Assembly (NCBI GenBank): GCA_047495785.1
Contig: JBLDXI010000031.1
Coordinates: 558,001-622,000, forward strand
DNA: 64,000 nucleotides
Direction: 5' to 3'
Source: Lepidodermella squamata
Lineage: Eukaryota > Animalia > Gastrotricha
The translations under genes and the position numbers were made by a program. The notes beneath the pieces were generated by a model. It had not been told where the DNA came from. It was given only the letters and a program-made list of their open reading frames with translations, and did not search any database. Position 1 is the first letter of the stretch. Every line of letters starts with the position of its first letter. Positions 23,518 through 35,137 of this stretch are shown one piece after another.

Positions 23518-26023
23518 CCCAGTCGGAAATCAGTAGACCGAGAAATAGCGGAATGATCGAATTAAGATCGAATAAAGATCTGTCAACTATGATCGTAGAT
23601 AATAGGTCACAGCTAGACCGAGGCGACCATTCAACCAGCCCGAATCGTGTAAATTGCGTCTATACCCATAGATCGAGGCTCCTCGATCGCCGCTAGGTCA
23701 GATTTCGTTCAGCTCCAGACGATTCATTGGCAATAATCAGCACATTTAATTACTCAACGAAGATTTAGCCACTTGGAGTAGGCCAGGGTCGTTTTAATAG
23801 GATCTATCCAGATCGATCTGGTCAGGGTCGACCCACAAGCAGCGATGCTCTGATTTAACCACTGACTGAGCCGCGTTCTAGGTCATCAATTTCACACACA
23901 TGGATCTAAGGCGATAGATCTACAGATGACCTACATGGCAATATTCAGGTCATAAATTGTCTTGTTCGATTCAAAATTGGTTAGAGTCCAGCACATGTCG
24001 TTATGACGCACCATTGTTACAGCATCGGATTTCTGAACTACTTTGAGAATGAAATAAATCTCTCATTCCGCCATTCTTTAACCTAATTCGCACTTGCCAT
24101 TTTCAGTCATAATTTTTGTTCAATTTTCTTTACTTTCTTTTGACTTGCTCTTTCTCTGCTATGCTGGTAACTAAGGCTATGCTGCTACCTCAACGCTCTT
24201 AGTTGATAGTCTTAGTAAATTTATTAAGATTTTTAAGATCAGAGAAATTCCGAAAGCCTCTTTATTCGCCTACTAAATCTTACCTCTAAAATACATGTAG
24301 ATTCGAACCCCATTTTATCCGACTGGACTCAATGAAGTTTTTGACATTTTTAGAATTTTATTAATTTCCATCCCGATGACAGCCGTCGGTCGTAGTACAG
24401 GCTTGAAATGTCCGTCTATTTTTTCCTGAATTTTGTTATTAATTATTTTTACTTAGGATCATTAAACGCCAACCATTCTCGCCCGTCACCTTCAATTTTT
24501 ATGAAATTGCTTCAAGTTCAACATCGCGTACTTAGGTAGTCGTGATCTGCTTGGTTTGTTATTTGTTTCGAAAATTCCACCTTAATTATTAAAGCTACCT
24601 CATTAGGTTCCTGTCGAACCTGCCTCACAAGGCTGACTGTTCAACGGCCGAAGACATCGTCATTTCAATATGCCATCCAATGCCGAGTCTCAATTTAACA
24701 AGATTTTGTGAAAACTAACAAACCCTGCGGTAAGAAATTTGAAATTTTCCTGCCTGTCAAATTTAGGTGAAAAAAACTAAAAAATTGGTGAAATTGCATC
24801 AAAATTATTAGAAAACTGAATTAATTTGTCAAGTCAACCTTTAATGCTCTCGTAGAATTTTCTGAGGCATAAGATTGCTTACTATTGCTGCGAAAGTTTT
24901 CGCTATTCAATTTAGATGAATTTCGCATTTTTGAATTTCGAATCAAAAATCGAAATTTCCAATTTTAATTAATAAGTTTTTAATTAGCTTCCTAGTTTAA
25001 TTAGTTTAATTTAGTTTCCTAATTTTTAATTTTCGATGTGATCAGTACGAAAATTTGGAATTCAAAACGATTATCGAGCGATTGCGGCTAAAAGCTGCGG
25101 CTATCAGCTGGTAAGCAAGAAATATTTTCTGAAATTCTCATCTAATTATTTCTCCTGAAACTTCATCAATTTTCCCCGAATACTCGATGAATCGTTCGTC
25201 GAATTCAACCACCGTGAAATCGTATGGGTAAGAAAAATGAATTTGTAGCAATATTTTGTCCTTTGGTCTCAGCAATAACAAACAAATTCAAGTTGTATTG
25301 AATTTTCCAGATGCAAAAGTTGGTTCAAAATTTCGGGCGAATTTCAACTCGATCGAAGTGAAAATGGCAAGTCAATTTCGCAGCTATTTTTTATTAATTT
25401 TGAGAAAAATCTTTAGGTTCATTGTGCCAAGATAACGTGGCTAGCTCAATTTCCTTGTCGCCGAGTCAATTCGAGCTCCCATTTCAGGTAAGACCCAGGG
25501 ATTATACCGAAAAATGCCAATCTCATCTCCAATTTATTTTCAGAGATAACAGTTTGAAAATTTTCGCTGGACTGAAGCGACGACAAGGCGAGGCGGCTGA
25601 GTTGCTGGAAAATTGAATCGAAATTTCAAGCAGAGAGACATTATTTTAAATATTTATGTGATTTGTGATTTATTACTTAATCGTGATAAAATATGACGAA
25701 TTGATTATTGCGAAACTTTATTTTTGAAATAAATGAAGAAACGTTGGAATAATTAAATTGATGATGTAAAAGAACCAAGTAGAGGAACAGCTGGGGCGAG
25801 CCGTGATTCATGCCAGCCGATGGTTATTCTGACCTAGATCTACACACGATCTAATCGCGAAAATTTGGATCTACCAGCGGTCTATCCATCAGGATCTATC
25901 CGCCGTCTAGGTAGTCGCTAGCTAGATCTACCCCAGTGTCATTTTTCGCATCCTACACGATCTATCCGGATAGACCCAATAATAGCGATTAGGGTCTAGC
26001 TAGGATCTATTTTTTACGACTGG
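23518..26023 (+). mobile_element. Non-autonomous CACTA/EnSpm-like element (CCCAG termini)
   Basis: cccagtcggaaatcagtagacc ... tttttacgactggg with 2-bp TSD CG. It splits the motif tttcctcg|cttcgctcg, which is intact near 42098. gatct-rich subterminal repeats. Confidence 0.8.
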
Positions 26024-26089
26024 GCGCTTCGCTCGCATCCTTGGTATAAATGTCACCTGAGTTCTTCGATTTCGAGCTATAGGTTGCAG

Positions 26090-26221
26090 TCAAATATCAA
26101 TGTGCAATCAGCGCAGGTTAATCTGGCTGCGATCAAATTTCTACGATCAGAGTTGATGGGTCTTTATTCGATCTTTATTCGATCATTCCGCTATTTCTCG
26201 GTCTACTGATTTCCGACTGGG
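26090..26221 (-). mobile_element. Inverted terminal fragment of the same CACTA-like family
   Basis: About 70 bp near-identical reverse complement of 23518-23590. Confidence 0.7.
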
Positions 26222-26935
26222 TTATATTAAGGATCCCTAGTGAAAATTTCATAGCTACAGAGGTTCATTAAGACTGTTTTCAAGGCTCATTCCGAACAGC
26301 CGCAATGCATTATTTAGGATTGCCTTAGTAGCCCATCATTATGGAGAATTATGGCCCATTAAGAAGAATTGTGACACGGCTAAAAAGGAACGCACTTTTA
26401 AGCAAGCAAAGCCTCACATTTGACTTAAAGTTTTGTTTCTGATATATTTCAAAGTTAGGAGACAGGTTCAGGTACCCGTTTTCCGGGACCTTTGGGACTA
26501 TCGGAGCCCTCGCCAGGTTTTGCCAAGGCAAGCCATGGGCACTTGAGCCCTTGGGGTGCCAATGGAGCACCCTCTAGCATCTCCAACAGCCGCATATGGG
26601 CCCCCCCCCCCTAACTTACTGGGGAATTTGGCTCAGAGCCGCGCCGATCGGGCTATCAAATTTGCCCCTACAGCGTCACTTGCGATGGAAGATCACAGAC
26701 GGACCTGGCAGCGGATTCATCATGTAGCCAAAGTGGGACCAACTTAACCACCCGCCGTCACCACTTAGACCCAGAACCCGCCCCTTGGGACCAAAACTAT
26801 CCCGTCCTTAAAAATGTTCCCAAATTTAGAGTGGATGAGTAACTAGGATTTCGTTAGAAATCCCAGTTACCCCCCCGACCCGTCTTGAAATTGCAATTTC
26901 TTGCGAAACCGCAATTTCCCACGTGCATGTTCGTT

Positions 26936-27955
26936 TCAGCCCGCCGAAGGCAGGCGCAGAGGGCATTCCCTCGAGTTCGCGGCATGCTTGCCACCGCAAT
27001 TACAGCAGCAAACAGCACGCGAACATGTCGAAACATTGTGTTGCCGACCACATCTCAGACATCTTTCCTCAGCAGAGCAGCTTCGCGCCATGTGGCCGTA
27101 TCGTTGGCAGCGAAAGCATTGAATAACTTCAGGGGTCTTAACGACAAACCATCGGAAACGCAGCAGAAAAGGTTTCGCAGTCAGGCCATTCTTAACAGCT
27201 CGTTCAGCTAGATCGTAATCAGTTAGTTCGAACATCAACTGGTTGCCTCGAAGGCTAACAGTCTTAGCCAGCTTGTCGCCAAAGACAGCCGTAATGTGGG
27301 TCGCCGTGACGGCATTCGCATCAAAGTTGGTCAGAACGATTCGGTATTTAGCCGGTCGTTGCGGAATGACTTTGGCCCCGTGCAATGCCAACTTCTGACA
27401 GAGCTGAGCAGATTTATCGCTCGAAACGAGACGAATTTCCAGCATGTCTGCCGTCTGCTTGCAGCCCTTGAAGTCGACGTCCGGTGCCGCTGCCACTATT
27501 CTTGACCACAGTTGTTTTTGATCACACTTCGGGTCAGTCTTTACCATTATCTTCTCAACTAGTTGTTTCTTCGGCGCCGTTGGTTTGGGCCGAGTTTCTT
27601 CAATCGTTTGCGTGGATTTGCACGTTGCCGGCGTTTGCTCAGAACTGTCAGTTTGTGTAGCCGCCATTGTCGTGTCTTGCCATTCCTTGCTCTTGATCTC
27701 TTGAAACATCCCTTCAATGCCGATTCCTTCTATAACCCTGATCAGTAAATCGACCTGGGTAGGATCCAGCGTAGAGATATTGTTGCGGAGTCGGTCCACG
27801 ATATCGAGTGTATCTTGAACACCTTCACGGCCGACCTTCTGCCAAACGTATTTCCTGTATACAGCATCGGTGCTTTTGTTGAAGTATTTGTATGCAGCAG
27901 TGTTATCGACCAGTACTTTATTTGGGCTTGTTTTCTTTGCAGAACCAGACGCCAT
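26936..27955 (-). CDS. Gag/ORF1-like triple zinc-knuckle protein (I/Jockey/R1-type), copy b
   Basis: CFRCQRYGHMARSC, CLRCGRQHNVSTC, CCNCGGKHAANSREC; intronless; no adjacent RT. Confidence 0.8.
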   Translation of the reverse strand: MASGSAKKTSPNKVLVDNTAAYKYFNKSTDAVYRKYVWQKVGREGVQDTLDIVDRLRNNISTLDPTQVDLLIRVIEGIGIEGMFQEIKSKEWQDTTMAATQTDSSEQTPATCKSTQTIEETRPKPTAPKKQLVEKIMVKTDPKCDQKQLWSRIVAAAPDVDFKGCKQTADMLEIRLVSSDKSAQLCQKLALHGAKVIPQRPAKYRIVLTNFDANAVTATHITAVFGDKLAKTVSLRGNQLMFELTDYDLAERAVKNGLTAKPFLLRFRWFVVKTPEVIQCFRCQRYGHMARSCSAEERCLRCGRQHNVSTCSRAVCCCNCGGKHAANSRECPLRLPSAG

Positions 27956-28468
27956 TCATAAATCGTAGTGATGCCACGTGCTCGGGTAGATCGATAGTAG
28001 CGTTGATGTAATCGCTTTGGCGTGTTGAAATATCCGACGATGTTGACAGAGCCAAAATAATAAGCAGCCAGAAAATTGTTTTGAAAAATATCAGAGGTGC
28101 GCGTTCTAATGAACACCACTCGAATTCGCAACGACAGTAACCTCAGAGAAACTTTGCTTTATTAGATCTAGTTAGAAAATAAACACCATCAGCCCTCAGG
28201 CTAAGTATGATGTACCGAGTTGAAAGTATACCTATTACATCTAACAGATTTTTACAATTTTCAACACACAGCTTTCATGCAATAAATGAAGAGCTGTTCA
28301 CACTTATGACCACATGAAATGTTTATGATTTACGATGAACGTTCAGTTTAACCATTAACTCCGCAACAACCCCGTTAGGGTTACTTCAGCTACCTGCCGC
28401 CCCGGGCCACCGCCTAAGCGCGTCGCCACCCGGGGCCCAACAGCTGCCAGCAACGACGACCTCTGCTG

Positions 28469-29521
28469 TCAGCATCCAGTAACCTCCATTTCAGCCGCCG
28501 AAGGTCGGCGCGCCGGACAATCTCTCGAACTTGCGAGATGCCCGCCGCCACAGTTGCAGCAGCGAACAACCCGCATGCAGAACTTCACGTTGTGCTGACG
28601 GCCACACCTTAGACATCGCTCTTCGTTCAGACAATCCCGCGCCAGATGGCCGAAATTCTGGCAACGGTAGCACTGGACCACATCAGGGGCCTTGATCACA
28701 AAGGGACGAAAACGTAACAAGAACGGCTTCAAGGCGAAGCCGTCCTTCAGACATCGCTCAGCCAAGTCGAAGTCGCTTAGTTCCAGTAACAATTGCTTGC
28801 CTCGCAGTTCAGTAACCTTGATCAGCTTGTCGCCAAATGCTTTCTTCAATTGCTCCTCAGAAATAGCATTGCTATCGAAGTTTCTTAAGACGATCCGGTG
28901 TTTCTTCTTTACCGGCTCTAGGACTTGAACTCCGTCCATCTTAGCCAAATTCTTCAATTTATCTGCTCCTTCGCTCGAGTCGAGGCGAATTTGCATACCA
29001 GTTGCTGTCTTTCTACAGCTCTTGATGTTCGCTTCCGGTACGGCCGATACGATCTGTGACCACAGAACTTTCTTGTCGCAATCGGGCTTAACATTAACAA
29101 TAACAGTCGCATCGTTAGATCGCTTAATCGGGGCTGGTTTCTTAGCCGGCTTCGAAGTCATTTGAATTTCTGGTACAGTCTCAGTTGCCTTGCTCGCATA
29201 ACCAACTTGATGCTGGGTTTGCGTACCAATCTCTTCCGTTGTTGGCTTGTCGTCGTCGTCGTATTCGGGGTCGTTCATAGAATAAACTTGCCCTCGTAGA
29301 TCCATTGCCTTCAGCATAAGAACCACAACATCCATTGCAGCAGGGTGCGCCAGGTTCACAAAGAGTTCTTCAATAATGCGGAAGATTCCACGCAGCGTTT
29401 GGTTAGACAGCATTAAGAACTGGCGTTGTTGCACTTCAGAGAACTTGGCGAACAGCTCGCTAGCATTTGGAAAATCTAGCCCAAATCCTCGCTTTTTGGC
29501 AACAGCTAGTGGTGACGCCAT
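28469..29521 (-). CDS. Gag/ORF1-like triple zinc-knuckle protein, copy a
   Basis: CYRCQNFGHLARDC, CLRCGRQHNVKFC, CCNCGGGHLASSRDC; clear paralog of 26936-27955; AATAAA downstream at 28158-28163. Confidence 0.8.
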   Translation of the reverse strand: MASPLAVAKKRGFGLDFPNASELFAKFSEVQQRQFLMLSNQTLRGIFRIIEELFVNLAHPAAMDVVVLMLKAMDLRGQVYSMNDPEYDDDDKPTTEEIGTQTQHQVGYASKATETVPEIQMTSKPAKKPAPIKRSNDATVIVNVKPDCDKKVLWSQIVSAVPEANIKSCRKTATGMQIRLDSSEGADKLKNLAKMDGVQVLEPVKKKHRIVLRNFDSNAISEEQLKKAFGDKLIKVTELRGKQLLLELSDFDLAERCLKDGFALKPFLLRFRPFVIKAPDVVQCYRCQNFGHLARDCLNEERCLRCGRQHNVKFCMRVVRCCNCGGGHLASSRDCPARRPSAAEMEVTGC

Positions 29522-30297
29522 TCATAAACAGCTCGTAGTGCCAGTTACTCGATTGCCACGTGGTCGCTGATGACGCAATTGATAACGATCGATGCCAAAA
29601 TATCGCGTAAAAAATAAACCGACAAATAATCGATTTATTTCAGAAGAAAATAATCAAAATCAAAGAAGCACCCAATAGGGATATGCTCCCGCGCAAACTA
29701 ACAGATAGCAGTCGAAGTGGTGTTGATACTAACCTCAGAAAATTTAATATTCAATCGCCGCATATGGGCCATTAGGCTATGAGGAAATAATTATGTTATC
29801 AAAAAAACCCACAGATCCGGGTCATTTGGTGTAATTACTGTTAACCAGCGACCTCATTTGCATATTCATGGTTTCCCCAGCCAAAATAACTGAAGCCGTG
29901 GTTGGGGTAATAGCTATAGTGAGTTTCCTCAATTGAGCATTAGGAAAGTGTAATCCAGATTTGAATATACACACATAAAATGGTGCATTAAAAATAACCA
30001 GACACTTCTATTGCCTGGCTCAACACCGGCTGAGACAGTTTTTTTTTGCTATAGGGATATGAATCACTCGTATTTCGTTTTCTGGGATTTCATGTATGAT
30101 AGCTCCTCGCCATCTCACTTTGACGCCTGGAACAGATAAGCCACCTAAAGTATACTGGCTCTTTCAGCGTAATTGATTGAAAATTTGAATTTAGTTTAAT
30201 TGGAATCGCAGAAAAAGGGGACAATAACATTAAAACAGGAATTATTATGCAGTATAATGGTTTCAAAATTTGAAGATAGAAGTAACATTATGTAAAT

Positions 30298-31664
30298 TTA
30301 AGATAGAATCATCAATGAGCCATAGTACATTAAAACACCAAATGCAACGCAAATGGCCAAGGCAGCAACGGTAAGGTCGCAGAGTCGAATGAGCCGAAGC
30401 CCGCCCTTTCCATTGGCCTTTCTGAAAAGCAAGACCTTAGCAGGCTTCGTGTTCCAAATACTACACGTAGTCAGAGTGTAGATTGTAAGGATGAAGCAAA
30501 TGACCATGAAAAAGACCAAAATATTGATCAGATAAACCTCCTGCGATGTCTTTGGAATCAGAGAGAAAACCATGGCGAGTAAGACTGCCATGGATAAATT
30601 CACTGTTATGCAAAGAGTTGGTCGATCAGGATGGCACGGGTCCATCATTAAGCTGAAGATTTGAACCATCATCAAGGATAGTGTGGGCACGAAGATATTA
30701 GCGACGTAGTAATTGGCCTTCCGCCTAAGGACTAGAGTAAATGTTGCATGGTCATAGCCACCTTTGTCGACTACCGATCCATTAAAGTAAACGAAGACCC
30801 AAATATCGTCATCTCGAACCGGTAAGTAATCCTCCGCTATTCCAACAATACCTAAGCGGATTGTTGCTTCGTTGCGTACATTTTCATGCTCGAACTCGAA
30901 TGTGCATGTTGCTTCATCGAAAGGGAATTTCGTGAAGCTGAATCCAAAGCATAAAGATTTGAAGGGCCGCACGCAGATGATTGAGAACCGAACGCCACCC
31001 TCGCGAAATGGGCGCGCCCCAATCAATCTTTCACTTTGAGAGACAATAAATGTTTGCGAATGAGATATATTAAACTTGCATTACTCTCTGAGAGGTCTCA
31101 CTTCACCCAGAGCATTGATGTGTTGCATGTCCGGCCACCAAACTGAATCTGCAGGAATTGCAAATTGAATTCTATTCCGCACCTTTTGTGGGATGGTTTC
31201 GTAGCCTGGCAAAAGCTGTTGCAACATATTTTCATCGCAAGGAACGATCCAGAATGCTCGAAAAAATAGTGTAACTGTCATACTTTGAAAAGAAAATTCG
31301 AATCAGATTGAGAATGATGAAGAATTAAGGTGCACCAAATTAAAACCAAAATATGTAAGTATAATATCATTTCATCTGTTTACCTCATTTCAACATCGCT
31401 GATTTCGCTCACTTGCACAAGGTCAGCAGAAAGGTACGTTAAGATCGGATCGCTGTAGTTTGCTGTTTGCAATTGCCAAGCTGATGGTAAGTTCATCGCC
31501 TTTGCGATAGGGCACAGTCGGAAAAAGCGATCCCGCAACATTAAATCTGGAATGCCTGCAACCGATGGATCGTCGTTGGAATTCATCATGATCTTTGTTC
31601 CATTGATGAAATCCTGACCGGCGTGCGAGACTGACAAAACCATGAGCATAACAACAATGATCAT
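30298..31664 (-). CDS. Divergent Cys-loop LGIC subunit 2 (exons 31664-31384, 31282-31085, 31033-30298)
   Basis: Same exon phases as subunit 1; mature ectodomain essentially identical to subunit 1; start could be the upstream ATG at 31700. Confidence 0.9.
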
Positions 31665-32695
31665 TTTATTAGATAAAACGATGGTCTGCAGGTAGTGCAT
31701 AGACTCCCTGTTGCCCGAAGACACAGAAAAATTATGGATAGTTTGTTTGCATTGCCTATTCTTAAACAGTGAAACGATAAATAGGACAGAATGTTAACGT
31801 AATGTTCCAGCCTATAAAATTTCAAAATGTGCACACATTTCCAAACAATATTCTCTCCGTCAGTGAGCGAAGCTGAGGGGTTTTCTACTTGTTTTCTAGG
31901 ACCAAGCCGAAGAAACTGAAGGGCCCCCTGTGGTTTTTTCAGCCTTCGTCTGGTTCTAGTCCCGGAGCTGGGGTGTCGCGACACTCAAGCACCCCTGTAC
32001 CCTGCACCCTGCTCTCCGTGGAGTTTGGAGTTATCCGAACTCAAACATGTTATATTACGTTACTTTTCAGTGTTGTGAGTATCCAACATGCGAAATTTCA
32101 CACAGCAAAACTGGGTACAATCCGTTATTGCTTCGCGATTGATATTGAAGCACACCGACCGGTGTTTGAAAGTCTGCCAGGCAAATAATCAACTTTTCAA
32201 GCTACAAGCTACAGCTCTAAATATCCGAAGTAGCTTAATATCCGATTCAGAAATATTGCTTTTCTCGGCTTTTTTCCATTTTCCTCATTCCATATTATTG
32301 ACAGATAAATTTATCAAGGTTTCGTTTATAACAAGTCGCGCATATAGTAAAGAAATTTGTTGTAACGTTCAATTGCCTCTTTTACTTCGTAAATTACGAA
32401 AACAGCCCAAATCAGCGTATTCCGTCACTTTTTAATTCGGCCATCAATTTTTAACGATGTGATATCCCGCAAGCTACAAAGCTCTTTGTTGTGTTTATTG
32501 ATTATCAATAAAACCGACATTCGAATACATTTTCATACATGTGCTTTATTGTGAACTCCGCTATGGATGAAATGAAAATCACTGCGACATGAACAGTAGC
32601 ATCGAAGCTTGAATAACGCCTGCAAAATCAGAGGCGAAGCTGCTTACATCGATATTGCTGTGTTATTTACACCCTTTTACTAGCGACGGGACAAT

Positions 32696-33384
32696 ATGAT
32701 TTCTCAGAGTCTCGGTCAGCTTTTATTCTTCACGATGATTCCCGGAGCATTACTGCAGTTCGTGGTAAAATATCACAGTCATTTAAAGCATATACAGTGT
32801 GGTCTGATATCTGATACTAGTGCAGGGGCGAAGTTGCTTTACTTTGAATATTTGAATAGATCTAAGATAATTGTTTGGGGTTCCAAACCTTCCCCTGACT
32901 GTTTTCATAAACATTGTGTATTTTGTGCTTGTATACCATTCAAATAAACGCCTTGTTTCAATTGTATATGTAATTTTTACAGTGCAAGCAACCTCCCGAG
33001 ATCGACGGCAATTGGACTCAAACTAGTGGAACTGGCTACAATCAAGGGGCGACGTTTAAATTGCAATGCAATCCCGGACTACGCTCGAGAGTAGATACAA
33101 TCGTCTGCAAGGGTGGATCGTGGCAATCATACTATAACGGTGGTTATACGCTAGAAACTCCGCGATGCTTCCTCCAGGAGCCAACAATGGCCACCGAGAG
33201 CAGTATAGAAAGTTACACCACTGCTTACTTGTCAACGACCAGTACCAGAAATTCGGCTGGGCTGATTTCTTGTTCCAAGTTCCTAACTTGTATCATATCG
33301 CTTCTTTACTTGTGCCCCCTGCAAATAATTCTCAGTATGAAAGGAATTACTCTATATACGATCTCTACCGTAGTTTTACCGTAG
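32696..33384 (+). CDS. Single sushi/CCP-domain surface protein with S/T stalk and hydrophobic (GPI-like) tail (exons 32696-32764, 32983-33384)
   Basis: Signal exon; CKQPPEIDG...GATFKLQCNPG...IVCKGGSW...PRC is a CCP pattern; C-terminal NSA plus hydrophobic stretch. Confidence 0.75.
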
Positions 33385-34060
33385 CAGCTACGGTAAAACT
33401 ACGGTAGAACTACGGTAGAACTACGGTAGAACTACGGCAAAGCACTACGGTACCGTAGTTTTCCGATGAAAACTTACTTCTCTTGAAAACTAGAAATTTA
33501 ATTTTCGAAAAACTGTCTTGTTTGGAAACTAAAATACTAAAAGCTAAGCTCAAAAAACTAACGCGTGAAAACCACTCATGGGACACTTTCGAAAAACTAG
33601 CGTTTCCAAAATTGTGCTTGATAGCTTTTTCGAAAAACTAGCGTTTCCGAAATTGTGCATGATAGCTTTTCCGAAAAACTAGCGTTTTACTAGCTGCAAC
33701 ATGTGGCAGTTATTGATTGCGCAACAATAGTTACCAATGTTACCAAGTTGCCAATGCTGCAAACTTAGCCAAAGTAACAAAACTTAACAACCAAAAAATT
33801 CCTACATAAGCGCAAAAATGACCAATATTATATGACAGCCAATGGCTCAGTGGAAAGAGTGCCTGTCTTCGTAAGAGATGGTGATAAAGGATTGATGGTT
33901 CAAAGCTCATCACCAACCATCCTTTTTTCATTTTCCCACTACGGTACCGTAGCTTTACCGTACTCACTACAGTGAGTACGGTAAAGCTACGGTAAGAACT
34001 ACGGTAGAACAACGGCACTACTGCTCCGGCTGGATGGTAGCAATAGTCGATCTATATCGG
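33345..34060. repeat. Unclassified non-autonomous element with palindromic ctacggtag/ctaccgtag arrays at both ends and an internal ~39-bp tandem repeat
   Basis: (aactacggtag)-type arrays at 33364-33460 and 33938-34017; cgaaaaactagcgttt x3 at 33590-33688. Confidence 0.7.
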
Positions 34061-34814
34061 GATCCCCCAGTCATCTCGGCCAGCAAGAACCAAGCGGCCA
34101 TCAATTTTTAACGATGAGATGCCCGCGATAGTGCGATAGTGTCGCGAATTAAGGTGTCGCAAATTTATTTCATAACTAAATTCAACCTTAATAAATTCCA
34201 AGATGAAATTTATCAAGTCCTAATAAAAGTTAAGTACCGTATTTGTTCCTATAGCAGCCCTGGCTACTAAAATTTCAACCTCAAAATTTGGAAAATAATT
34301 GTTGGCAAATCGTTCATTCTTCATTCTTGATGTTTATTTCGAAGACTCCTCAACCTTGGGCTGCTATGGGGGGTTATTAGTGAATGGGCTGTTAGTGGAA
34401 AAAAACGGTATAACGTTTTGTGAGCCAAGGACAGCCCAGTTGAATGTATTTTTCTGCTTATTGTATTGTTTTGATTATTGCATCGATTATGCTTTGTTTT
34501 ACCCAATTATTCTCGGATATGAAGATAAAATGTAAAAAAATGTGTGACAATATCACAATATCAATATCAATATCACAAATTTATCCGGTCTATAACTTTG
34601 TTGTCTTCTCCCACTAGACTTTTCCTGTCTTAACTGAATCTGTGTCGAGTTTATATGTTGTTTTCCCCAGCATTGTCGAGCTGCTCTCTCGCTCTCTTTC
34701 TTTCTCTTGGGCGTAACAGCTTTAAAATCACACAAATAAACAAAATAAACTAGCTTCACATAAATATGGTAGCTGATGTCAGGTCAGCTAACTTAACCAT
34801 GTTTTTCATATTTT

Positions 34815-35050
34815 CCCAGTCGAAAAAAGTAGACCATGGGTGGATCTAAATTTGACACTGGGATAGATCGTATGGGTTCGACGCTACGTAGATCCAGTGG
34901 TAAAATTTGGACCTACACAGGATCGATGCCCGTAGATCCAGTCTAATAGATCGACAATAGGTCAGAAAAACAGCTATTTCAGACGAATATTTTGCCTTTT
35001 GGATCTACGTACGATCTACTGAGCTCTCGGTCTACTGATTTTCGTCTGGG
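34815..35050. mobile_element. Short MITE of the CCCAG CACTA-like family
   Basis: cccagtcgaaaaaagtagacc / ggtctactgattttcgtctggg; TSD TT. Confidence 0.8.
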
Positions 35051-35137
35051 TTGAGGAAAAATGTAAAGGAGAACAGGTGAGCATTTATTTAGTTTATAGC
35101 ACAGAGCGCATTGCGAAAAGATGTGGGTCGAGAGGGC

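Noticed and set aside
23518-26221. One 2.7-kb element bounded by the long inverted repeat
   Set aside because: Flanks CG and TT do not match, whereas the end at 26023 gives a CG TSD and restores the host motif.
26604-29756. LTR retrotransposon
   Set aside because: No long terminal repeats or pol; knuckle spacing is of the LINE ORF1 type.
32823-32897. Tiny cagggg...cccctg MITE in the sushi intron
   Set aside because: Very short TIR and no TSD.
33364-33460. actacggtaga repeats as a CRISPR array
   Set aside because: About 10-bp contiguous units with no unique spacers, no cas genes, eukaryotic context.
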